A DNA stretch of 63,404 nucleotides, counting the filler, from Squatina squatina (Eukaryota), in NCBI GenBank assembly GCA_031763465.1. It is 4 parts of 4 records of this genome, joined end to end, with 100 filler letters (N's around TTAATTAATTAA, not from the genome) between each part and the next. Parts side by side here need not be neighbours in the genome. Positions count along the whole stretch, not along the records: positions 15,943 to 33,374 come from JARFOE010000219.1; positions 33,475 to 49,487 come from JARFOE010000162.1; 2 more parts are not named here. One strand, written 5' to 3'. Below, one piece after another: positions 24,511 through 34,957 of the stretch (its first letter is position 1; every line of letters starts with the position of its first letter). The notes under the pieces were generated by a model. That model was not told the origin of the DNA and did no database searches. It was given only the letters and a program-made list of their open reading frames with translations. Made by a program: the position numbers and the translations under genes.

Positions 24511-26388
24511 AAATGCCAGGATTGGGTTCACACCACCCAAGACCCAATAGACTGCTCGCACCTCCTGTCTGTGCTGATACATTAAGCGTGGCCTGGGAAA
24601 GGTGTAGGAGGGCTGGACTGAGCCCGGGGGCAGCCCACAATGTTCGGGGCGGGCGAACAGTACATCGAGTGCAACTTGGTGCAGTTCCACTCCAACAATC
24701 AGAGACAGGAAAGAAAGTTGTACTTTTGTGTGCTCCCTGGAGAGTGAGAGCAGCTGGATGGCGTCTGTGAGCTGCTTTCTAAATGCATCGTTCCCCCCCC
24801 CCACAACACCCCGTTCCCCGCCCCTCTCGCCAACAGCTCCCACCACCCAGTGCTGCCAAAACAATCACATTCTCAACAAGACCGTGACAGGCCTGGCGAT
24901 AAGGTTCAAAACCCTCGCAATGTTTTTCATTCAGGTTATCAGATGCTGGCTCCCCTCGCTTTCAGCGGCTGTGGGAGAGGCAGGGGTTTGGAGACTTGGG
25001 AAAGGCATGAATTATTTCAGCTCCGTCCCTTTCTGCCCCGTCACATGGTTTCACTTAGAACAAGGCTCGAGTTCAAGTAACAAGCAATTGAACTGCCAGA
25101 CTGCTGCTCTGTGGCTGACCTATCTGAATGAGACTTTTAAGCCCATTTAATCCAAAAATCGGCCCTTTCTTGTGCGATAGCCTTCCTGGGAATTTTACGA
25201 TTTGGATTTAAAATTCGATGTCCGCCCCTCCTTACACTGAGGGTGCTGACAACCCTGCTGGCGGCGAATGGGATCGATGGGCAGTGGAGGCACCCCGGCA
25301 CCTCGCTCTGTTCACGTGTGGCCACCCCCCCCGACTGTTGGCAGGCTGTTCAACCATGGGGTTCCTGACAAGCCTGATCCTCCTGTCGCCCAACAGACAT
25401 AGTCACACACCTTCCTGCTGGGTTCAATGGCAGCCAACGCTCCCGTTAAGCTGTGCTGCCACTCGGCGCTCCAAAACTCCTGCGCAGCCAGCTTTTAAAC
25501 AGAAAAACTGCGCGCGCGAAATTTTGAATGGGCCGCGCAGCCCCCCCAAAAAATGAAAGGGCACAGTGATGCCAACCCCAGTTGACTCCCAGCACCCCTT
25601 GCCCTCCACTCTCCTCCCACCAACCCTAACCCAGGGATACTGAGATCAGTTGCAACTTTGGCCTGGCTGAGATCCAGCTAAATCAGCACAGGCCGAGAAT
25701 GGAGCCTGGGGCTTTCCTGGTGGGTGTGGCCCAGTACCACACCACGAAGCACATTTACCAAGGCTGATTGCAGGGTGGGGAGGGGTGCGCCGCGAGGATA
25801 GTTATTGAATTAGGGCTTGAACTGGTTGGTGTGTCGGTGCTACCTAAAACATGAACCCAATAATTCTTTACTTCTATGTTCCTTGTTCTTTCTAATTCAT
25901 TCTATTTTCTGTTTTGCAGTCAGCTTGCTATCCATTCAATTAGATCATGGATGACTTGCATCTCAACTTCATTTACCTGCTTTTGCTCCATATCCCTTGA
26001 TATCCTCATCCGACAAAAACCCTATCGACCTCAGTTTTAAAAACTCCAGTTGATTCCCAGCACCCACAGCCTTTTCGGGGAGAGAGTTCCAGATTTCCAC
26101 TGAGGGAGGTGAGGGGTGCGGCAGTAATTGCAGTCTGGGGAACAAACGGATTGGAGTGAGTGGGAGAGAGGATGTTAATGAGACACGGGCCAGGATTCTC
26201 CTCTTTGCGGTGGTGTTCTGGTGGGGCCCACCTCTCTGACTTCTGGGTCAGGGGTCACGGTGGGCTCCCATGACCAAGAAGGAGCCTGNNNNNNNNNNNN
26301 NNNNNNNNNNNNNNNNNNNNNNNNNNNNNNNNNNNNNNNNNNNNNNNNNNNNNNNNNNNNNNNNNNNNNNNNNNNNNNNNNNNNNNNN

Positions 26389-26550
26389 GAATAGCACAGA
26401 TGCATTTAAGGGGAAGCTAGATAAACATGAGGGCGAAAGGAACAGAGGGATATGCTGATAGAGTTTGATGAAGAAAGGTGGGAGGAGGCTCATGTGAAGC
26501 ATAAACATAGACCAGTTGGGCTGAATGGGCTGTGTCTGCTGTAAATTCAC
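26389..26550 (+). mobile_element. CR1-type LINE 3' end in the ZFP36L1 intron
   Basis: gatgcatttaaggggaagctagataa...gggaggaggctcatgtgaagcataaac...ttgggctgaatgg. The same tail occurs at ~47024-47100, ~49600-49695 and ~61140-61240. Confidence 0.7.
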
Positions 26551-26592
26551 TAATCTCTAAAGTGATACTTTCTGTTTCCCCCCCTCATCCAG

Positions 26593-27717
26593 AACAAAAT
26601 GATTAGCTACAACAACAACATCAACGCAGGCAGCTCTGTGCCCCTGCTCGACAGGAAGGCAGTCGGGACCCCGACACTGATGGACTACCAGAGGCGACAT
26701 TCGGTCACCCTCGCCAACGCTAACTCCAAGTTCAACCAGAACCAGCTCCTCAACAGCCTCAAGCTCGACCAGACCACCACCACCGCCGTGGCCAACAAGG
26801 AGAACAAGTTCCGGGACCGCTCCTTCTCCGAAACGGGCCTTCAGAAGCCCCAGAGCCAGGTCAACTCCAGCCGCTACAAGACGGAGCTGTGCCGCCCGTT
26901 CGAGGAGAACGGGTCGTGTAAGTACGGTGATAAGTGCCAGTTCGCCCATGGCATCCATGAGTTGAGGAGCTTGGCCCGGATCAGGCCTCGGGCCTCAGCG
27001 TGCTCTTCCAAGTACCTGATGAAGGAGCGGTCGTCTGGCAAGCACAAGATGCTGCGATCTGCGAAACGACAAAGAAAAACCATGAGGCAGAAAGAAAGTG
27101 TTTTGCATTTGTACAGCACCTTTCAGATCCTCAAGACGTTCCAAAGCACTTTGTAGCCAGTGAAGCACGTTTTAAAGTGTAGTCACTGTNNNNNNNNNNC
27201 CGATCTCAATGCAGAGGAAAGGCGCATGTCCCCCGGGCATGACCAGCACCACCTCCCGCTCTCCGCATCCAACAAGATGGACAGGCCTCGTCTGCAACAC
27301 AGCTACAGCTTCTCTGGCTTCTCCAGTTCCTCCAGCGGGCTGCTGGACAGTCCCACCTCTATAACCCCTCCCCCCATCTTCAGCGCAGAAGACCTGAGCT
27401 CCTCCCCCACTCTGCCAGATTGTGCCAGCAACCCCTTCACCTACTCGAGCCAAGAGCTGGCCAGTCTCTTCGCGCCCAGCATTGGGATCCAAGTTCCAAT
27501 GGCGTCCACCAACAATGGCGCCCACTCTCCTACTTCAGTCCTGCTCCGACCTTTGGCTGAATCCCCCCAGCTCTTTGAGCCTCCCCCGAGCCCTCCCGAC
27601 TCAATGTCCGATGACTACCTGAGCAGTTCTGGGAGCGTGAGCGGGTCCGAGTCTCCCACCCTCGATCTCAGCAAACGTCTCCCCATCTTCAGCAGACTGT
27701 CTATCTCGGATGACTAA
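26593..27717 (+). CDS. ZFP36L1: Exon 2 of a ZFP36L1 (BRF1/TIS11B)-like tandem CCCH mRNA decay activator; second zinc finger missing from the assembly
   Basis: Acceptor cctcatccag|AAC AAA ATG. Contains [59 protein letters not shown]. Resumes at 27208 with NAEERR...[13 protein letters not shown]...[12 protein letters not shown]...[13 protein letters not shown]. Assignment among ZFP36 paralogues is not certain. Confidence 0.88.
26980..27058 (-). CDS. Foreign exon-like fragment ([27 protein letters not shown]) abutting ZFP36L1, unassigned
   Basis: Minus-strand acceptor ttttctttgtcgtttcgcag| precedes 27058, followed by GC3-rich open codons. A SINE tail lies further upstream on that strand (27090-27189). 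Confidence 0.45.
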
Positions 27718-28324
27718 CTCAGCCTATCTTCCTTCCCCTACGCTGGAAGAAGCAGAAAGCTGTCAAAAAAAAAATGTAGCCTTAATCTGAGCAAGCATTT
27801 AAGATGAACCTTTATTTCTTAATGGTCCAGTTAGCCAGCTTTTGACACACGCAAAGATTAGAATTGTCTTGCCAAATCCAAACTTGCCAGCTTCATACAG
27901 TGTCAAATGATGACCTATAACATGTTTATTCTTGAGTTTGCACTGTGATAGCAGTGGTACAGCAATGACTGCACACTCTCAATTTGTAATAAGTAATTCA
28001 ATTTTTGGAAATCAAAATGGCTGATTTTAATTTTTTTTTTCCTCATCTATACCTACTTGATAGCCCAGCAATTTGGGATTTGGTGGGAAGTGTCAACCTG
28101 GGATAAACTGTGGTAGGTTTGGACTGTCTTGATTGGATTGGCCCAGTTGAGTTGAGGCACTTTGTGACAGGACCTGAAGTGAACTTGATGTCAAACAGCT
28201 ACCTATCTGCCTGGTCGTAAAGTTCTTAAGCGTTGATTAAGAATCTTTGAAGAGAATACTATTTTAAAGAGAACTGAATTTGCCGAAACAGATCTTTAAT
28301 GTAGCAAAAATTATCCCTTTAGCA

Positions 28325-30362
28325 GTAACTTTCTTTCTCCCTCTTTTCCCTTCTCTCTCTGTGAGCTTCCACATCTGTACTTCTCTCTCTCTGTTCCCTT
28401 CTCTCTGTTTCCTTCCCCCTTTCTTCCCCCCTCTCTTCCCCTCTTTCGATGTTCCCTTCTCTCTGTTCCCTTCTCCCTCTGTTCCCTTCTCCCTCTGTTC
28501 CACTCTCCCCCTCTGTTCCCTTCTCCCTCTGTTCCTCTCTCTCCCTCTGTTCCACTCTCTCCCTCTGTTCCCTTCCACATCTGTACCCTTCTCTCTCTGT
28601 TCCCTTCTCTTTCTGTTCCCTTCTCCCTCTGTTCCCCTCTCTGTCTCTCTCTCTGTTTCCTTGTCTCTGTTCCCTTTGCCCACTGTTCCCTTTGCCCCCT
28701 GTTCCCTTCTCTCTTTGTTCCCCTCTCTCTCTGTTCCATCTCTCTGTTCCATCTCTATGTTCCCTACCCCTCTGTTCCATTCTCTCTCTGTTCCCTTCTC
28801 TCTCGGTTCCATTCTCCCTCTGTTAATTTCTCCCTCTGTTCCCTTCTCTTTCTGTTCTCTTCTCCCGCTTTTCCCATCTCTCTCTGTTCCTTTCTCCCTC
28901 TGTTGCCTTCACTCTCTTCCCTTCCCCCTCTGTTCCCTTCTCTCTCTCTGATCCCCTCTCTTTCTGTTCCCTTCCCCCTCTGTTCCCTTCTCTCTCTCTG
29001 ATCCCCTCTCTCTCTGTTCCCTTCCCACTCTGTTCACCTCTTTCTCTGGGACCTTTACCCCTCTGTTCCCTTCACTCTCTCTTAGCTTCCCCCTCTTTCT
29101 ATGTTCCCTTCTCTCTGTTCCCTTTCCCCCCTGTTCCCTTCCCCCTCTGTTCCCCTCTTTCTCTGTTCCCTTCTCTTTCTGTTCTCTTCTCCCTCTTATC
29201 CCTTCTCTCTCTCTGTTCCTTTCTCCCTCTGTTCCCTTTTCTCTATTCCCTTCTCTCTGTTCCCTTCCCCCTCTGTTCCCTTCTCTCTCTGTTCCCTTCC
29301 ACATCTGTACCCTTCTCTCTCTGTTCCCGTCTCTCTCTGTTCCCTTCCCCCTTTGTTCCCCTCTCTCTCTCTCTGTTCCCTCCATCTCTGTTCCTTCTCC
29401 TTCTGTGCCGTTCTCTCTCTTCCCTTCTCCCTCTGTTCCCCTCTCTCTCCCTCTCTCTCTCTCTGTTTCCTTCTCTCTGTTCCCTTCCCCCTCTGTTCCC
29501 TTCTCTCTTTGTTCCCCTCTCTCTGTGTTCCATTCCCTCTGTTCCCTTCTCCCTCTGTTCCCTTCTCCCTCTGTTCCTCTCTCTCCCTCTGCTCCTCTCT
29601 CTCCCCCTGTTCCTCTCTCGCTCTGTTCCACTCTATCCCTCTGTTCCATTCTCCCTCTGTTCCTCACTCTCCCTCTGTTCCACTCCATCCCTCTGTTCCT
29701 TTCTCCCTCTGTTCCCTTCTCTCTCTGTTCCCTTCTCTCTCTGTTCCCCTCTTTCTCTGTTCCTCTCTCTCCCGCTGTTCCTCTCTCCCTCTGTTCCCTT
29801 CTCCCTCTCTTCCTCACTCTCCCTCTGTTCCACTCTCTCCCTCTGTTCCTTCCTCCCTCTGTTCCCTTCTCTCTCTATTCCCTTCTCCCTCTGATCCCTT
29901 CTCCCTCTGTTCCCCTCTCTCTGTGTTCCTCTCTGCTCCCTCTGTTCCCTTCTCTCTCTGTTCCCTTCTCCGTCTGTTCCCCTCTCTCTCTGTTCCTCTC
30001 TCACCCACTGTTCTTCTCTCCCTCTGTTCCCTTCTTGCTCTGTTCCACTCTCTCCCTCTGTTCCCTTCTCCCTCTGTTCCACTCTCTCCCTCTGTTCCTT
30101 TCTCCGACTGTTCCCTTCTCTCTCTGTTCCCTTCTCCCTCTGTTCCCCTCTCTCTGTATTCCTCTCTCTCTCTCTGTTCCCTTTCCCCTTTGTTTCCCTC
30201 TCTCTCTCTCTGTTCCCTCTGTCTCTGTTCCTTCTTCTTCTGTGCCCTTCTCTCTCTTCCCTTCTCCCTCTGTTCCCCTCTCTCTCTCTCTCTCTCTCTG
30301 TTTCCTTCTCTCTGTTCCCTTCCCCCTCTGTTCCCTTCTCTCTTTGTTCCCCTCTCTCTGTG
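28325..30362 (+). repeat. About 2 kb polypyrimidine/polypurine low-complexity array (CTCTGTTCCCTT variants)
   Basis: Almost purely C/T on the + strand. Internal longer duplications are present, e.g. similar blocks at ~29401 and ~30239. Confidence 0.95.
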
Positions 30363-30789
30363 NNNNNNNNNNNNNNNNNNNNNNNNNNNNNNNNNNNNNN
30401 NNNNNNNNNNNNNNNNNNNNNNNNNNNNNNNNNNNNNNNNNNNNNNNNNNNNNNNNNNNNNNCGGCTGCCTTGTTTTTCAACTGTTAAGCACCTCGTGGA
30501 CAAAATGACTTGTAATTCTTTTTGGGGGGAGGGGAGGGGTGGAGAGGACAGTAAAAGTTTCGTCAGAAAAAGAATAGCTTTGGAGGGTCAGTATTCCGTC
30601 TCCAGAGTGGGGGAGAGAGTGGTGAGAGAAATAGTTTAACCAGCTCGCCTTCAGCCTAGGACTCTGCCAAGTTAGTTCATTTGACTTTTTTTCCTTTTTA
30701 AAAAAAATTCAGCAGAACGTTCAAAAAGGATTTAAAAATATCGCTTGTCACTGCACACATACACACATACATACATACATACACACAAA

Positions 30790-31080
30790 AAATTGCTTAT
30801 TTAACTTATCAAAAACATATTTATTGCCAAACATATACATTTTTGTTTGTATTTATCACAATGATGAACCATAGAAATATATTTTTCTTTTATGTTTAAA
30901 TTATGATCTTATTAATCTTAAGATTGTGAGGTTTTTTCCTTTCCTTATTTTCGTTTCCACAGTTTAATATATTATACTACAATGACGAGGGTTTTTGTAA
31001 CTTTACTCTTCAGTTATTTTATTTAATAAAAAAAACGTAATTTAAAAACACAAAAACATTTGAATTTATTTATTTTGTAG
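30790..31080 (+). promoter_or_regulatory. AU-rich elements and a poly(A) signal in the presumed ZFP36L1 3'UTR
   Basis: TTATTTAA at ~30797, TATTTATT at ~30819, AATAAA at 31025-31030, and a perfect TTATTTATT nonamer at 31066-31074. Confidence 0.6.
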
Positions 31081-32204
31081 TTTCCCCCCCTTCCTTTATT
31101 AAAAAAAATGATTTTCTCATGTATTTTTATGGCAGCCATGCGCTCACTGCCTTTAAACTCTTGTTGCCAACAGCGGCCTAGTATTTTAGGCTTTTCAGTT
31201 AGCTTCCATTGTACAAGAGACTGTTAAGAAAGTGCGGGCTCAGTACTGTGACACAAAAGTGCCTGTCGAACACATTCCAAGCATTGATGTATGCTTTCTG
31301 TATAATTAATAATACTTTTTATTATTGATAAGTCCTGGCCTCTTTCAGAGAGAGACAACCAGGACTTGGCACAAAGAGAAGTTGAATGTATTTTTCCTTC
31401 ACTGTTCACTACATGGTTTATTTTCTATGTCTGTTTATACAGAATTCCTTTTGTAATGACTGGTTCTAATGTAAACCAATAAACCCCAATGTTTTTTTTT
31501 CCAAAGTGTGGTAACTCTGTATTTGTCCCTTCAAGAACTGTCATTGCCTGGCACTCTGCTAATTTTAGATGGGGGCGGGGAGGTAGAGCAGGAGTGTGCT
31601 GCNNNNNNNNNNNNNNNNNNNNNNNNNNNNNNNNNNNNNNNNNNNNNNNNNNNNNNNNNNNNNNNNNNNNNNNNNNNNNNNNNNNNNNNNNNNNNNNNNN
31701 NNGGGTCTATAATCCCATTGAGATTTGGTGTGTGGGCGAATAATCCCATCGAGGTTTGGTGTGTGGGTGATGGAACCCCATTGAGATTTCAAAATCAATT
31801 CCCTTGCCCGTTTTAGTAATGTGTAGTTGAATCGAGGGCCATTTCGCACATATGCATAGCTTTTTGTTTAAATTCCTATACTTTCCAGGGTCAGCATATC
31901 ACCAGATAAAATGTAAACCTTTATTATAGCCTTCAGCGAAGCCTGGAAACTGCCAGATCTCTTGCACATGGTGTCTAACTCATTGTGCAGATGTCGCGTA
32001 ATTATTTAATGACTGGCCTTCAGGAATGTGAAGGTTCAATTTTCAATCAATCCCCTATCTGTGCTCTGAATTAATCAAGTGTTTACTGAGCGCTATTCAT
32101 AGCTTTAAAAGTCAATTAACATCAGGGCCTCAAATTGTGTTTGCGACCAATGTTAAAAAGCATGACCTCATATCCCAAACTGTATTTAAGCTTTGTTGGA
32201 GAGT

Positions 32205-33374
32205 GACTAACCCTTTCTCCACGGAAGAAATAGGAACCCTGTACATTTAGGGCAAGTAACCCTTTTCATGCTGGAGAAACAGGAATTATATACAGTTACT
32301 GTGAGTAACCCTTACCCAGCTGAATAAACAGAGACTCTGTACAGCTACAGTGAGTAACCCTTACCCTGCTGAATAAACAGAGAGTCTCTACAGTTACAGT
32401 GAGTAAACCTTACCCTGCTGAATAAACAGAGACTCTGTACAGCTACAGTGAGTAAATCATACCCTGCTGAATAAGCAGAGACTCTGTACAGTTACATAAT
32501 GAGCAAACCTTACCTTGCTGAATAAAGAGGAACTGTATACAGTTACAGTAAGTAACCCTTCCTCTGCTGAATGAACAGGAACTCTGTACAGTTACAGTGA
32601 GTAACCCTTACCCTGCTGAATAAACAGGGACTCTGTACAATTACAGTGAGTGACCCTTACCCTGCTGAATAAACAGGGACTCTGTACAGTTACAGTGAGT
32701 AACCCTTACACTGCTGGATAAACAGAGAGTCTGTGCAGTTACAGTGAGTAACCCTTACCCTGCTGAATAAACAGGAACTCTGTACAGTCACAGTGAGTAA
32801 CCCTTACCCTGCTGAATAAACAGTGACTCTGTACAGTTACACAGTGAGTAACCCTTACCAGGCTAAATAAACAGAGTCTCTGTACACTTACACCGTGAGT
32901 AACCCTGATCCTGCTGAATAAACAGGAACTCTTGACAGTTACATAGTGAGTAACCCTTACCCTGCTGAATAAAGAGGAACTCTATACAGTTACAGTGAGT
33001 TACCCTTACCCTGCTGAATAAACAGAGACTCTGTACAGTCACAGTGAGTAACCCTTACCCTGCTGAATAAACAGGGACTCTTTACAGTTACAGTGAGTAA
33101 CCCTTACCCTGCTGAATAAACAGGGACTCTGTACAGTTACAGTGAGTAACCCTTACACTGCTGAATAAACAGGGACTCTGTACAATTACAGTGAGTAACC
33201 CTTTCTCTGCTGAATAAACAGGAACTCTGTACAGTCACAGTGAGTTACCCTTACCCTGCTGAATAAACAGAGACTCTGTACAGTCACAGTGAGTAATCCT
33301 TACCCTGCTGAATAAACAGGGACTCTTTACAGTTACAGTGAGTAACCCTTACCCTGCTGAATAAACAGGGACTC
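32205..33374 (+). repeat. 49-bp minisatellite (ACAGTTACAGTGAGTAACCCTTACCCTGCTGAATAAACAGGGACTCTGT), about 23-24 copies, running into the scaffold end
   Basis: GTGAGT recurs at a 49-nt period (e.g. 32597, 32646). Copies are more diverged at the left edge. Confidence 0.95.
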
Positions 33375-33474
33375 NNNNNNNNNNNNNNNNNNNNNNNNNN
33401 NNNNNNNNNNNNNNNNNNTTAATTAATTAANNNNNNNNNNNNNNNNNNNNNNNNNNNNNNNNNNNNNNNNNNNN
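33375..33474. other. Artificial scaffold linker (TTAATTAATTAA at 33419-33430)
   Basis: Same construct as at 15887. Confidence 0.97.
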
Positions 33475-33552
33475 ACCACCCCCATCGACAACGAAGACGA
33501 AAAGATCATCGCCAACGGCTCCGCAATCTCCTCCCTCGCCTCCCACAGAATT

Positions 33553-33800
33553 ACTATTTCGAAGAAGAGTAGGGGAGTTATCCCCCGTGAACTGGCCAAT
33601 ATTTATCCCTCAATCAAAATAACAAACAGTTTATCTAGTCATTATCACATTGTTGTTTGTGGGAGCTTGCTGTGTGCAACTTGGCTGCCATGATTCCCAC
33701 ATTATCACAGTGACTGCACTCCAAAAGTACTTCGTTAGCTGTAAAAGCTTTCAGATGTCCGGTGGTCATGAAAGGTGCTATCTAAATGCAAGTCTTTCTT
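33553..33800 (+). mobile_element. 3' half of a DeuSINE/SacSINE1-like SINE
   Basis: gaagagtaggggagttatcccc...ggccaatatttatccctcaa...tgtgggagcttgctgtgtgc...aaaggtgctatctaaatgcaagtcttt aligns by eye to 58725-58960. Confidence 0.75.
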
Positions 33801-34837
33801 AAATATTTCATTCAAATAAACTATTTTATCAATATTTGAGACAGTACAAGATGCTAACCGATTTTTAAAAAAGTGACCATGTTTAACGGAGAGAAAGTTC
33901 AGGAACATGGGCAGTGTGCTGCAGGTGCATTCAGGAGGTGTTCCAGTTGGCAGCTGTTGGCACATGTGTTACAAAGCAGCTTATTTAGAAAATGCCACTT
34001 GCCTTGTAAATGTTTTCTTCCTTACAGGAATTAAAGCAGCATAAGCATGTATTATACGCAGCTTTGAAGAAAATGCCACAAGGATAACATTAGCCTAGAT
34101 TTAAGCTTGTGCTGCAGCAGTCATATTTTCCTTGTTTGGGTAATTCCATCTGTGTCAGATTCTGTGACTAAATAACACACGAAGCAGGCACAGTTCAAGC
34201 AACTCTTTCTCAAAGAATCATCTGTAATTGAAATGATGGACTTTTGTAGTTGTCAAATTAGGGTCCGGGAATCCCAAGTGTCCCTGAAACCATCAGACTT
34301 ATCAGATTTTGTGTTTATTTTTCAGTATTCGTTGAGCTAGCAGCATGTTCTGTTGCTCTATACTTAAAAAAAGGTTGCAATGATTGCAGTGATTTCCGTT
34401 GCAATGTAAACACTCTTTTGGAAGTTAGTGCCGCTGGGTATGTTAATATTTGCAGGGGATACCCCACTCGAATATTTTAGTACTTGAGGTGAACTTTAAA
34501 GTGAGATTGTACCGTCGTTTTTCATTTAATACTTTTACATTTTCAGGACCGCTTTAAAACATCCAACAGTCACAAAGGAGTATAAATTACCATAAAGTGA
34601 ATTACTGAAGCCGGTAAAGTGCTTTCAAGCCACAAGTCCAATTGGTGGTGCAATTGGTTTGATGCACTAATTGCATCTGCTATTAAATGGTTATTTATTG
34701 AAAGTTTGAGTTCCCAAAAATAAAAATTAGTTGCTGACCATTCACATTGCAGCAGGTTTTCCTTCAGCAACCATGGCACTGCCACTTTAAAACGGCTCAA
34801 AGATAAAGCCTCCATCCCTGAGCCAAAGAGACCAAGA

Positions 34838-34957
34838 ATAGAAAAGCGAAATACTGGAATCTAGAATACGAACAAAAAAAGCTGGAAAAACTCAGGTCAG
34901 GCAGCATCTGTGGAGAGAAAAACAGAGTCAACGTTTCGGGTCGATGACCCTTCGTCA
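34838..34957 (-). mobile_element. Terminus of a Penelope-like element, truncated by an N gap
   Basis: aaagcgaaatactggaatctagaa...gctggaaaaactcaggtcaggcagcatctgtggagag...aacgtttcgggtcgatgacccttcgtca. A related fragment lies at 41727-41807. Family assignment rests on recall and on the ribozyme core. Confidence 0.6.
34921..34957 (-). ncRNA. Minimal type I hammerhead ribozyme core (partial)
   Basis: Minus strand reads [gap]UGACGA-A-GGGUC-AUC-GACCC-GAAA-CG-UU-GACUCUG: (C)UGAnGA box, perfect 5-bp stem II, GAAA box and palindromic ACGU. The first C and the 5' strand of stem I fall in the gap. Confidence 0.6.

Noticed and set aside
24253-24864. 203-aa minus-strand ORF
   Set aside because: Spans an N gap and a (GT)n tract. 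The middle has some exon-like character, but I recognise no homology and no consistent frame.
26979-27205. GATC at both ZFP36L1 junctions, suggesting DpnII Hi-C ligation
   Set aside because: The expected native codons (Arg-His, Ile-His) would not contain GATC at those points, and the HTR1A and LRRC70 junctions lack it.
26557-27525. Minus-strand ORFs overlapping ZFP36L1 (26557-26958, 27172-27525)
   Set aside because: Antisense shadows of a GC3-rich CDS.
28264-30639. Long ORFs up to 512 aa (S/L/P-rich or R/E/G-rich)
   Set aside because: Low-complexity CT array lacking stop codons by composition.
32205-33374. Regular array as a possible CRISPR
   Set aside because: Units are contiguous with no unique spacers, there are no cas genes, and the context is vertebrate.
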